From: Chrysomallon squamiferum
Lineage: Eukaryota; Animalia; Mollusca
Assembly: GCA_012295275.1 (NCBI GenBank)
Contig: CM022669.1
Location: 12,648,001 to 12,712,000, forward strand
Length of the DNA stretch: 64,000 bases
Direction of reading: 5' to 3'
Part shown: positions 15,345 to 27,698 of the stretch, in pieces
Position numbering within the stretch: the first letter of the stretch is position 1
Layout: every line of letters begins with the position of its first letter
The notes under the pieces: model-generated
Told to the model about the DNA's origin: nothing
Databases searched by the model: none
What the model saw: the letters and a program-made list of their open reading frames with translations, nothing else
Translations under genes and position numbers: made by a program

Positions 15345-16385
15345 TTACAAAGTGTGACTCTGGGTCACCGGCACACTGTAGATCTCAGAACGTCTCCGCA
15401 CACGACCACAAAACAAAGTCCGCATTTCTTGTCGAAATCGTTGTCCAGTACTGCAGTATAACACAAAATTGATACAGTTGTTTGAGTACATCAAAATACT
15501 GACCAAGGACCATCTAAATTCGTCAAGTGCCTCGTCCCGAACATTTTCGAAATCTTTTTCAAAAATATTGCCATATATAACTATTACACAAACAGGAGTT
15601 GTACAAATTACGTATGTCGCACTTACTACAAGCAACATGAATGTGATGGATGAGGTCTGATTTCGTCGAACTGATGCAGATCTGTTCTGAATATTGTTTC
15701 CGTTGTACGTGTCATTCTGCAAAATCTGTCGATTACCAGATACAATTTTGTATATGATTAAAATGTTACACATGATGAGAATAAAGGAAGGCATGAAACT
15801 ATAGACAGAAAAATCTATCCATGGCCAAATTCTAAGCTCAAATTCGTTGTATGCATCAGTAGTTGGTACACAGTGAAGAATATATGTCTCATTTCCGTCG
15901 GTTTCTTCAAAGTCGCCGAGGCCAAATAGGTAATGCCCTGGCAAAACGGCCAATATTAAAATTATGGACACAATTATAACAATAGTTACACGCTTTGTAC
16001 ATATCATTCTTATTTTATGTGGAAACCATACAGACAAACATCTTTCCAACGTCACCGTCACCAACAACCACGTTGACATGTATACCGTCGAATAGCTCGC
16101 CCACACGTGCAGTCTGCATGCAGTCGTACTGTATGTTCTGATGTCGTAATTAACTAGAAATTTTAACCATAGTCTTAACAAGCCAGTACAGAGAACGAGA
16201 CTGTCGAAGACAGCCAGACATCTCAAATACAGCGACATTGTCGTTTCTCGCATTGATGATGACCATGACAAAACAATGAACGCTAAAGAGTTACCCACCA
16301 GTCCTATTGTCAACATGAACGGCGGAACGTATTTCCAAATAGCGACAGCAGCTCTGTATTCAGGAAAATCGGATAACTCAGACAT
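15345..16385 (-). CDS. Intronless class A 7TM GPCR, subtype A, copy A1 (FMRFamide-receptor-like/GPR139-like group), 346 aa
   Basis: Intact ORF with seven hydrophobic segments: GLVGN (TM1), LAVFD (TM2), ERC in place of DRY, an ECL2 Cys, CTTP in TM6, NNCINFVLY in place of NPxxY, and helix 8 GQRFRQE. Confidence 0.95.
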   Translation of the reverse strand: MSELSDFPEYRAAVAIWKYVPPFMLTIGLVGNSLAFIVLSWSSSMRETTMSLYLRCLAVFDSLVLCTGLLRLWLKFLVNYDIRTYSTTACRLHVWASYSTVYMSTWLLVTVTLERCLSVWFPHKIRMICTKRVTIVIIVSIILILAVLPGHYLFGLGDFEETDGNETYILHCVPTTDAYNEFELRIWPWIDFSVYSFMPSFILIMCNILIIYKIVSGNRQILQNDTYNGNNIQNRSASVRRNQTSSITFMLLVVSATYVICTTPVCVIVIYGNIFEKDFENVRDEALDEFRWSLVSILMYSNNCINFVLYCSTGQRFRQEMRTLFCGRVRRRSEIYSVPVTQSHTL

Positions 16386-16920
16386 GGTCCTTCAGTCAGA
16401 TTATTTGTAATTATTTCTGGCTATATGCTGTTTCCTGGGTCCAGTTTAAGGAATTAAATCTAATGTTAGTTAGAAACGAAGAATAACTGAAAATTTAAAA
16501 TTACACAGTTCTGTTTCGGTGACGGTAATTGTGCAGCGCTTGTTGTTGTTGTTGTTGTTGTTAACGTCAACGAAACGTATATGAAAATTACTGTGTCAGT
16601 TTTGTAGTTTAAGAAATGTCCTTTAGTCGTCCTTATGATAAACTGAAAAAAAATCAAGTTTGAAACAGATTTTGTATCCGTCTTGTTGCTTTGGTTGCTG
16701 TTGTTGTTACAAACAGATATCTAAAATTCTCTCTCCGTTGTTGTTGTTGTTACTGTCTAATCTCAAATTAATATTTTAAATTACGACACACTGTTTTATA
16801 GTGAAAGAAACATCATAAATGGACCAGAAGAATAATGGAACATTTTCAAATGTCGAATAGAAACTGTTTTTCTTATTGGTTTGTTAAGAGTAACCAACAG
16901 GACTACTCTGTTTTGATTCA

Positions 16921-16952
16921 ATGGGCGGAGTAATTATGACGTATTACAGGCC
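16921..16952 (-). promoter_or_regulatory. Conserved upstream GC-box-like element of subtype A GPCR genes
   Basis: The core aattactccgcccat (GGGCGGAG on the other strand) occurs upstream of all three A copies at 16921-16935 (minus), 21504-21518 and 34784-34798. Function is inferred. Confidence 0.45.
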
Positions 16953-17465
16953 ACCCGTAAATATATATATATATATATGTATGTATGTGTGTGTGTGTGT
17001 GTGTGAGTGTGTTGTATATATGCGTATATAAACATATACATACATATATCTGTCTGTATGCGTTTGTGTATCTGTGTTTAGTTTATACAGAGGTAAAGAA
17101 AAGTGTTACTGATAAAATTATTTCATAAAATGTATATATATAAATATATATGCATGCACTTTAAGACATCTGAGCACAACGTTTTCTAAGTAAAATTTTG
17201 TTACGTGGATATTTTACGTTTTTTGGTTAATTTTAAAATCTGTCTAGATAAATTTGTGTCACATTAAACTGTTATTACTGAAACTGATTTAGATTAATAT
17301 AGTAATAAAATTATGTTTTGTCTTCCAGAGAGTGTTATAGTATTGATTTTTATTCTTCGACGCAAATAACTATCTACACGATCTAATCAGAGTAGAAGAA
17401 TAAAGTGTGAAAATGTGAGGTAATATCTTTAAATATGTGTGTCTACCTACTGGTGTGTATAGGGT

Positions 17466-17519
<54 letters not shown>

Positions 17520-17930
17520 CCGTGCGTGCCTGTTCTTAAAGTTGTTTTCGGTGGACGTTTCATTCTCCAGAACCAGTCGATTACTGGAAAGAATTTTGTT
17601 CATGATTAAGATGTTGCACACGATGAGAATAAAGGAAGTTAAAAAATTGTAGACACAAAAGTCTATCCATGGCCAAACCATTTTCTCGAACACTTCGTAC
17701 TGATCGTCAAGATCTGAGCAGTGAAGCACGTACGTTTCATTGCTCTCTGTTTCAAGAGTATCACCCATCATAATGATGTAATGTGCTGGCAAAACAGCCA
17801 TTGTCATAATAAAGAGAAAGATCGCCACAAGTGTTCCACGTTCTGTACAAACAGATTTGACCTTATGTGGAAACCAAACTGAGAAACTCCTTTCCAACAG
17901 CACTGACACTAACATCCACGTTGATGTGTA
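17520..17930 (-). pseudogene. GPCR fragment, subtype B (TM3 end to ICL3), truncated at both ends
   Basis: LLERSFSVWFPHKVKSVCT...HYIIMMGDTLETESNETYVLHCSDLDDQYEVFEKMVWPWIDFCVY is nearly identical to the 30215 gene. It runs into a (CA)n tract after NNFKNR and has no TM1-2 or TM6-7. Confidence 0.9.
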
Positions 17931-17989
17931 ATGTTTTCTTGATCGCTGTATGTATTCAATATTTCGATCTATTTTGAAAATTAAACACT

Positions 17990-18746
17990 AGACCAAAATA
18001 AGATGATGTACATTTCATTATTTATAGTGTTTTTCATTCGTGTATGTCAAGATATCTAGGATTTTATATAAATCGAATGGATTCTTACGGCGGAAGCAAT
18101 ATTAATTAATACCGTTCTGGTATTTACATCAAAGGTCTGTAGTGTAAGTTTGCCACGGAGAGGTGAAAGGAAACTAACTTTGTACCCAGATCATCTCTTT
18201 GTATACAAATGAAAAAAGTTATAAGAAGCTGTTATTATGATAAAAAAAAAAAAAAAAAAATACAAATAAAAAATAAAAATTAGCATCCATTTATGACCAA
18301 GAATATTAAAATCAATAGTAATTTAAAGAAAATAATAAATAACAAAACAAGACAATAACAACAGCAGTAAAAACAAACCAACAAAAAACACAAAAATACC
18401 ACCAATAGAAAAAAAAAAAAAAAAAAAAAATAATAATAATAAACAAAACAAGCAAAAAAACCCCAACAAAACAAGAACATTTTTGCTGTAGCGGAAAATA
18501 TACTAAATATAATAAGCAAACCAACAGAATAACAAACAAAGGTCAAGTTAATATTTACACATTTCAATGGAAGAATATATCAAACTAGACAATTTTAATA
18601 ACTAAGAAATATTTTATTATTATTATTATTATTAATATTACTTTTTTTCAAAAATAACATTATCATTATGAAAATAAAGAATAACACACAATCATTTTTG
18701 TTTTATTTTGACGACTTTATTTAATTTCAACTGTTACATCTGTCAT

Positions 18747-18779
<33 letters not shown>

Positions 18780-19462
18780 TAAAAACACACTGAATCACTA
18801 TTTTGTGATTTGTGAAAAAAAAAAAAAAAATGTACATGCTACTTCACAGTCATGTTCGTAGTTAGTTTTTTTCTAAATTTATTATAAGTCTTGTTAGTTC
18901 CTTTGAGATTAAATAAGTTTGACGATTTTGTTAAAAAAAGAAATAATTCTAAAACAAGGTTACCTAGGAAAATGCAGAGTGTTGTCACACACAGGTCTCA
19001 TTTGTTCTTTGCGAAAAGATCGTCAGAGATCGAAAAACGCGACCAGACTCTGTACACGTACCTCAGTACACGGACAGCTGAAACGCACATCGAGTGAAGC
19101 TGTGTTATATACCTACTTTAATATATCAGTGATCAGTAATGATATTAATAGGTCAAAAATTACTCAGAATAAATATAAATTTTAAATCTACGTACTCTTC
19201 CGACTGATATATGACATTAAACTGAAAAAAAACAACTCCATTATTATGTTGTTATATCTTGTTTCAGAATAGCAATTTGGTCTAGAAATATAAAAGTTAT
19301 TTTACACTGGAGACAAAACAGTTGACATGATTTATAGTATAACATCCAGCTGTAATCAAGAAATCTCATTAGCAAAGTAATCCTGACTCAAGCATAGATA
19401 ATACATTGCTTTTAAAAAATAAATAAATAGCCAAAGAAAATGAGAGAAAGAGACAGACAGAC

Positions 19463-19552
<90 letters not shown>

Positions 19553-19960
19553 CATATTTTTAATTATTAATATAAACAATAACACGTATTAGACGATAGA
19601 CTAAAGTTTTTATCAGGTAAACAATCTTTGAATAATTTCCACATTTACCATGTTCAATGGAAACTGTTATTTGGAGTATTAGTAAAAGAGAAATCTCGAA
19701 ATGAGAAAGTTAAATCTCAATGAAACACGTGTTCGACAAGAAATATACATTAACAAACATTATAATCATTACTCAAGTCATCGAGAATAACTTCAGGAAA
19801 CAGTAAATCTCAGAAGATCATTATCAGTAAGTTCTTTATATAAAGTTAACACAATAATTCATGATTTTTCTTTGAAAGTTTCATCGTCAGTATAAGTAAT
19901 GTGGTTATAAATCTTTTAACAATAATTAATAAAAGACAGACAATTAAATGAAGGCTTATA
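17990..19960. repeat. Segmental duplication unit 2 (paralogue of 12480-15340)
   Basis: Colinear similarity to the A1 3' flank, including the (GA)n tract at 19468-19549 and the 3' UTR-like block at 19780-19960. Confidence 0.85.
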
Positions 19961-20778
19961 TTACACAATATGACTCTGGGTCATTGGCAAACTGTAGACA
20001 GTCTCCGCTCACGACCACAAAACGACATCCGCATTTCTTGTCGAACTGCAATATAACAGAAAATTGATACAATTGATTGTGTACACCAAAATGTTGACCA
20101 GAGACTATATCAATGCGTCTACTGCCGAACATTTTCAAAATCGGTAAGAAAAGTATTTGTATATATGATTGTTACATAAACAGGAGTTGTACAAATTACG
20201 TACGTCGTACTTACGAAAAGTAACATGAATGTGATGGATGAGGATTGATTTCGTCGAACTGATGCAGATCTGTTCTGAATGTTGTTTCTGGTGGACGTGT
20301 CATTCTCCAGAACCTGTCGATTACTGGAAACAATTTTGTTGATGATTAAAATGTTGGACACGATGAGAATAAAGGAAGGAACAAATCTGTAGACTCAAAA
20401 GTCTATCCATTTTCTCGAATACTTCACACTGATCGTGAAAATATTAACATTGAACATTACTCACCAACACCAACAGCCATATTCATGTGTAAATTGTCCA
20501 GCTGGCGGCCCATAAATGCAGCTTACAAGGAATAAAAAAAATTGTACTGTCGAATGTCATAATATACTAGTCGTACTAACCAAACTCTAAGGAAACCTTG
20601 ACTGACTGCCAGGAATCTTAGATATAAAGACGTTGATGTGTTGTTCGTCGACGATTGAATGAAAAAAAACGAAAACCAGAATGTTACCTGCAAGACAGAC
20701 GCCAATGAGAAACGGAGGCCGATATTTAAATAAATTAAGTGAAATTTCAAGTTCCTCATAGTCACTGGAATCTGCTAT
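19961..20778 (-). pseudogene. Chimeric GPCR pseudogene (subtype B 5' half, subtype A 3' half)
   Basis: Start codon mutated to ATA at 20776-20778. ADSSDYEELEISLNLFKYRPPFLIGV resembles B. Several frameshifts and a large TM4-ECL2 deletion at about 20410-20470. NRSASVRRNQSSSITFMLLFVSTTYVICTTPV...DFENVR and the 3' flank resemble A1. Confidence 0.9.
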
Positions 20779-21302
20779 TGTATTTTTCATTTGAAATCAA
20801 TATAAACCTCACAGAAAGTACAGGAATACCTTTATACGTGTGTGTGTGTATGTGTGTGTGTGTGTGTGTGCGCGCGCGCGTGTCGCTGTGTGTGTATATA
20901 TATATTCTTAATATATATATATATGTATATATTAAGAATAAAATAAAATATAATATATGTAAATATATATATGACACTCATGTTACTTTTAATAAGTATG
21001 ACTTTTCTTTTATCTGTTTATTTTATTCTTTACCGTCTTTGCAAAGTCACTGTAGTCATTGTATGGCGTTATTTGAAATGTGTAATATAGGACAGTTTTA
21101 TTTGAATACTCGTATTTTTCTCTCAGAACGTGTATTTATTTGTTTATTACTATTTATTTAACTGTCATCTTTATTCATAGTAAAATAGTTTTTAATTTTG
21201 AACGGGAATATTTCTGTTTTGTGTACTGAAAGACGTTCAAGAAATGTATCATACGCTAATGTCGTATTCCCTTTATTTGCTCAAGGCAAAAATCGCTAAT
21301 TA

Positions 21303-21431
<129 letters not shown>

Positions 21432-22119
21432 GTCTGTCTGTGTGTGTGTGTGTGTGTATGTATATATTAATATTCGTATTTGTGTTGGTCTATAATTTGA
21501 GAAAATTACTCCGCCCATCAGTTCAATATACAGCTGTCCAATTATTTACACTTAATGAACAAATAATATAAAGAAATTCTATTCGACATTTCAGTTTATT
21601 CATTATTCTCCTGGTCGATCTAAGAAACTTTTTTAGAGTATAAATGAGTGGTCCTGATTTGTAGAAAGGACTGGAGGAAGCAGAAGTGAAACAACAAGAA
21701 CAAAAACAACAACATCAGATAGAGAACTTGTCTGATATTTCCATTTTCCACTGATTTTGGGTATATATTTCGTCAACGATTTGTAATAACATTTGTAATA
21801 ATAGCAACCGCAGCAAGAAGAACAGATAGAAAACCTTTTTGATAACTGAGTTTTCCATTTTTATTAGGCTACATTTACGACTGATGAACATTTCTTAAAC
21901 TAGAAAACTGAGAGTAATTTTGATTTAAATTTGGTTTGCCCTAAAAACAACAACAACAACAATGAAAACCGCTGCACAGTTACGGCTAACGATAAGAGAA
22001 ACAGAACCGTTGCAATTTACATTTTCAGTTATTCTTCCTTTCTAATTAATACTGGATTTAATACTGGATATAGTGACTAATAATTATAAATAAAAGTATT
22101 TATGTTGTAAACTGGAAAT

Positions 22120-23147
22120 ATGACTGAATTTCCGACTTTCCTGAATATAGAGCTGCTGTGCTATTTGGAAATACGTTCCGCCGTTCATGTTAACAATAGG
22201 ACTGGTGGGTAACACTTTAGCGTTCATTGTTTTGTCATGGTCATCATCAATGCGAGAAACGACAATATCGCTGTATTTGAGATGTCTGGCTGTCTTCGAC
22301 AGTCTCGTTCTCTGTTCTGGCTTGTTAAGACTCTGGTTAGAATATCTAGTTATTTACGACATCAGAACATACAGTCCGACTGCATGCAGACTGCACGTGT
22401 GGGCGAGTTATTCGACCATTTACACGTCAGCGTGGTTGTTGGATGTCGGTGATGTTGGAAAGATGTTTGTCTGTCTGGTTTCCTCATAAAATAAGAATGA
22501 TATGTACGAGGCGAGTACCTGTTACAATTGTATCCATAAATTACATTTTTGCCAGGACCATACATTTTTGGATATGGAGATTTTGAAGAAACCGAAGGAA
22601 ATAAGACACGTGTTTCTCACTGTGAAGCGATTACTGATGAATACTACAAATTTGATGTTACAATTTGGTCGTGGGTTAATGTTTGTGTCTATAGTTTCTT
22701 CCCTTTCTTTATTCTCATCATGTGTAACATTTTAATCATATACAAAATTGTTTCTGGAAATCGACAGATTTTGCAGAATGACACATCCAATGGAAACAAC
22801 ATTCAGAACAGATCTGCATCAGTTCGACGAAATCAGAATTCATCCATCACATTCATGTTATTTGTCGTAAGTGCGACGTACGTAAATTCTGCAACTCGTT
22901 TTTGTGTTTCTGTCATAAATAATAATATCTTTTAAAGAAATTTGAAAATTTTCATGATGAGGCAGTAGACCCTCTGAGATGGTGCCTGGAATACATTTTG
23001 ATGTACACAAACAACTGTATCAATTTTGTGTTATACTGCAGTACTGGACAACGATTTTGACAAGAACCCTGGACTTTCTTTTGTGGTCGTGAGCGGAGAC
23101 AGTCTGACATCTACAGTGTGCCGGTGACCCAGAGTGATATTGTATAA
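22120..23147 (+). pseudogene. Full-length GPCR pseudogene, subtype A, copy A2
   Basis: ATG at 22120 has the same upstream context as 35784. Homology continues across frames 22187-22489 and 22549-22935 to ...SDIYSVPVTQSDIV*. Several small indels (about 22130-22165, 22440-22550, 22930) and a TGA in helix 8 at about 23058. Confidence 0.92.
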
Positions 23148-23334
23148 TCCAAGCATTCCATTAATTGTCTATTGTTTGCTTCAGATTTTCTATTTATTCT
23201 AATTTATTGCATATTGACATATGCCTCTTGGCAGCATTCAACATATTCAAGTTTTAGCTTTTAGACAGACCAAAAGGTTTTCTTTTAATAATAGTCGAGA
23301 TAACAGATTTTATGGAACACACTAAATATAGAAT

Positions 23335-23400
23335 TTATCAAGGATTATTTAGGAGATAATAGCTGCTAGACATTATTGTTTATATTAACAATGATCAACA

Positions 23401-23499
<99 letters not shown>

Positions 23500-23748
23500 C
23501 TATAAGTATTTATTTATTTATTTCAAACTAATGGCTATTCTGACATAAGACATAAAAACACAATAATGCTGTTATTGTTATTTTTTTTAGTATTTATATT
23601 TTTTAAATTTTTGTGTGATTTTTTCATTCGGATCGACATATGCATCTAAAATTAATATTTATTGTGAGCAATTTGCGATTTTATCAAGGATTATTTATGA
23701 GATAATAGCTGCTACATATTATTGTTCAGATGAATAATGATCAATATG

Positions 23749-23790
<42 letters not shown>
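23335..23790. repeat. Local tandem duplication with (TC)n tracts; inverted paralogue of the A1 3' flank
   Basis: ttatcaaggattattta.gagataatagctgcta...tgatcaa.atga occurs at 23335 and 23681. 23495-23665 is reverse-similar to about 14545-14712. Confidence 0.75.
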
Positions 23791-23793
<3 letters not shown>

Positions 23794-24137
23794 CTGTCGG
23801 TGTTAATGTATATATGTATGCATATATATATATTATATATATATATCTATCTTTAAAGATGAAGCTATAGATATTTACTTTACTTCAGTCAGCATTACTT
23901 TGCTGATGAGGTCTTTACAATGCAATCTCTACGTATGATATGTCTCTAATGAGAAGTAACTTATATTTTTTATTCTTTACATCAAAGTGCTGTACTGACA
24001 CGTGTAACAACAACACTGAAATGGAGAATAATAAGATGTTTGGATTCTATTTCTTTGCAAACCATATGTAGATGCAACTTTTATATGTATCCTGAAAATT
24101 AATTTTAAGTTTCATCAGATTCTCGAGCACACACACA

Positions 24138-24246
<109 letters not shown>

Positions 24247-26213
24247 TTAAAATCTTCATACATTTCTTGATAAATATCACAAAGAGATGAACGCTAAAAT
24301 GTTCATTTCAGAATGTTTCGAATAATAATAATAATAATAACTAAAAGAAAAGAATTGAATCTTCAGTTAGAAATTCCATGTCAAACATCTAATTAAAGTG
24401 TAAATGGGGAAATGTGAAGAAATAGTCTTAATACATTTTGTATTCATCCATTTTGCATTCTGACAGTCTTAATTAATAACGAAGAGTAGAGTCAAAAAAA
24501 TATTAGGCGTTATTATTATTTTACACAGTCGTTACGTTATCTCGTACAAGTCGGATCTAGTTGCTGTAAAGTTTGTTTCAGCTCCAGAAAAATACGGTTA
24601 TCAGTCTTCTGTATACGCAGTGACGTCACGATTGCAGTTGTAAAGGGATAAAATGGCTGTGTTCAGATGTTTTGTAACAATATTGTATTGTCATGCATTA
24701 TTATCTACGATTATATGTCGCCCAAAATAATAACTTGGATGAATGAAGAATATTTATTAGGCCAGTTATTCAGACCTTGAAAAGTATACCTTGAAAAGGT
24801 AATGTGGAAAATAAAAGAAGAAAACAAAATGAAAATAGCATTAGTCACATTATGAGAGCTTTATGGAAGAAGAATAAGCAAGCTGCAGTAATGAGAGCAG
24901 TTATATATATTTGACAAACTAGCGAAATCTAACTTTTTGACAGTACGATTCATTCTGTGTATAATTTGAAAGCGTGACTATTTATTGTCTACAAATCAGT
25001 GTAAACTTGATATACTTCCTCACATATTAAACTTTACGTATATGTATCTGAGTGTTTCGATCTGATTGATGCGGAAATGTTCAATGTGATGTAGAAATAG
25101 CGTACTTTCATCGGTTATTATTTATCTTCTGTGGATATTTTGTATTCACCTTTGAGTAGTAAACTCATGTTCTAGACCTTGGTGAACTTTTATTATTAAT
25201 ATATACATATTTTCAAAGCAAATATCAGAATAGGCTGAAAAATAAATAATTGTAAAGACGAAGATGATTATTAATAACATTTCTGAAAGACGACATTCGG
25301 TTTACATATAAGCTTTAAAATCTTAGCTGACATTTGTTGATATAGTCAAATGAAAAAATACTATTTATAATGAAATGTAAATAATCTTATTTTTGTCTAT
25401 TGTGTCAGTGTTTGTTTATTGAAATTAATCGAAATCTTGAATACAGAGAGTGATGAAGAAAACCGTGATGTTTGTTTTTAATATATAATTTCAGTCGTGA
25501 AAAAAAAGGACAAATAACTATTTAATCAGTTTTAAGAGGTTCCAGGTAAAAAAAAAAAAAAAAAAAGTTATAATAATAATAAAAGAATGGTTAATAAATT
25601 TCATGCAAGTTGAATATTTACAGTTTTAATAACTATTTCGTCGGACAACATGTACATTTTTTATTACTTCAGAATAAAAAAAATAAAAAAAAACAAACAA
25701 ATATTCCTAATTAATTTTTATTAATTTCTGACTGAAAGGACTAAACAGAAGGCAATTACATGTTTGTCTTTTCTGTTAACTCGTGAATTAAAAAGTCTGT
25801 TCTTTGGAACAAAATGCAAAATTATTTATGATGAAACAGGTGGGGGAGAAAAAATGTCTTTGTCGGTGTCCACGTCTAAGGAGAACAAAAAAAACACCCA
25901 CGAAATTTAACAGGATTTTTGCACGAGAAACCAAAATTTGATTTCTTCTTTAAATATTCAGTAAAAAGAGAATGTCGCTGAATTTTTACTATTGATAATA
26001 TATTTTTTTCCCTGAAAGTAGTTTATTAGCATTAATGTGTTTAGTGTATGGAATTAATTAAGATGCTTACATACAAAATTCATAACTATTTTCCAGCTAT
26101 ATTCAGTGTCATTTTTTTTTTTCAAAGGCATCGATTGCTGCCTTGCGTTATAAATTGTAAAAAAATTGTACAATAATAATAATTCAAATATTTAATTTTT
26201 CGTCATTTTTGGC

Positions 26214-26407
26214 ATTATGCTAGAAGCCCGAGACCCTTTTATATCATGAGTACGTCGACCATAGACAGCTCAGCCCACTTACAAATCCAGCACTCTTTAA
26301 TTAATAAAATAAAATTAAAACAGCAGTAGCAATAATAAAAAAAAACAATTACAAAAATAATAAATAAATAATAAAGTGACAAAACGACAATTAGTATAGC
26401 CATGGCA

Positions 26408-26477
<70 letters not shown>

Positions 26478-26793
26478 TTAATAATAATAAAAATAACAAA
26501 ACAACACCACCAACAACAACGACAACAATAATGATAATAATAATTTTAAATGTGTTGTTATTATTTTTATTATGCTAGAAGACCGAGACCCTCTTATATT
26601 ATGAGTACGTGGACTACAGACAGCTCAGCCCACTTTCAAATCCAACACTGTTTACTGTAATAAAATAAAATTAAAACAGCGGCAACAGCAAGAAAAAAAA
26701 AATAACAAATACAAAACCAAAAAAGAATATATATTTTTTAACTCGACTGAACGCTATTAAGGTAACTTAATAATAATGATGATGATGATGATG

Positions 26794-26873
<80 letters not shown>
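26214..26873. repeat. Roughly 355-bp-period tandem duplication with (AAT)n tracts
   Basis: attatgctagaag.ccgagaccct...gacagctcagcccactt.caaatcca at about 26214 and 26570, each followed by (AAT)n (26408-26476 and 26794-26873). Confidence 0.85.
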
Positions 26874-26874
<1 letters not shown>

Positions 26875-26929
26875 TACTGTGCCAAATAAGTTTAGCAATT
26901 ACTAAGAAGATATGAAATACGGACTACCT

Positions 26930-27600
26930 GACTGTATGTTGAATTTATTTCTACACATTATTTCACTCATACAGCATTTCTGAATACAGCCAGCAGTAAC
27001 GCGTTGTCACGGGATCAACGTCTTTACTTTAATTTCAACTGATGAAACGGAGGTTTACATCTACCAAAATGGTGAGAGAAACTCAATAATGTGTGTGTAC
27101 ACCAGCGGCATCGATGACAACAGTACATCGTCGTGTCATACTTCTAATGAGAGCATTAATCTATCTTATCTTGGAGTAGATAATCGTGGTCTACCAGAAC
27201 GTGGTCGATCTCGCACTTCCCCTGTTTGATGTTCGCGTTGTCATAGTCGTGATATGGTATAATCACGAACACTAAAGTACAGAGCGACGTCGTGTACGCT
27301 TTGGCCAGCGTTAAGCCGTCCCATTGCTTCATGACGTTGATTTTCCGTTAAACCTGGACGGTGACCCATTATAACAGGATAAATTCTTCCTTTCGCTTAT
27401 TGGATGATGTTGGGTCAGTGCATCTAAATGTGATTTCAATGCATCCGTATTGCACGCGCTTCTGCGACCGCACGAGCGCACCGCGTTTGCACGTGCAGTA
27501 CGCACACATAGCTGTGTGCTATACGACAAATGGTGTTTTTTTCATTACCCAGTGCGAGAGGCCATGTGCAGCTAACATATTACCAAGTTTCATCGCTTTA
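26930..27600 (+). pseudogene. GC/CpG-rich island, possibly a heavily decayed 7TM gene of a different family
   Basis: Across frameshifts: ILLMRALIYLILE*IIVVYQNVVDLALPLFDVRVVIVVIWY (hydrophobic), then ILPFAYWMMLGQCI and FNASVLHALLRPHERTAFARAVR (TM7/helix-8-like). Many stops; weak evidence. Confidence 0.3.
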
Positions 27601-27665
27601 TTTTAATTTATTTGGAAGCATCAGTCATTTACAAAAACTTGCTAAACTTTTTTGGTTAATAACAA

Positions 27666-27698
<33 letters not shown>

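Noticed and set aside
15345-16385. Specific symbol such as FMRFaR, GPR139 or TRHR
   Set aside because: Motifs place it only in the broad FMRFamide-receptor-like group; orthology and ligand cannot be read from sequence.
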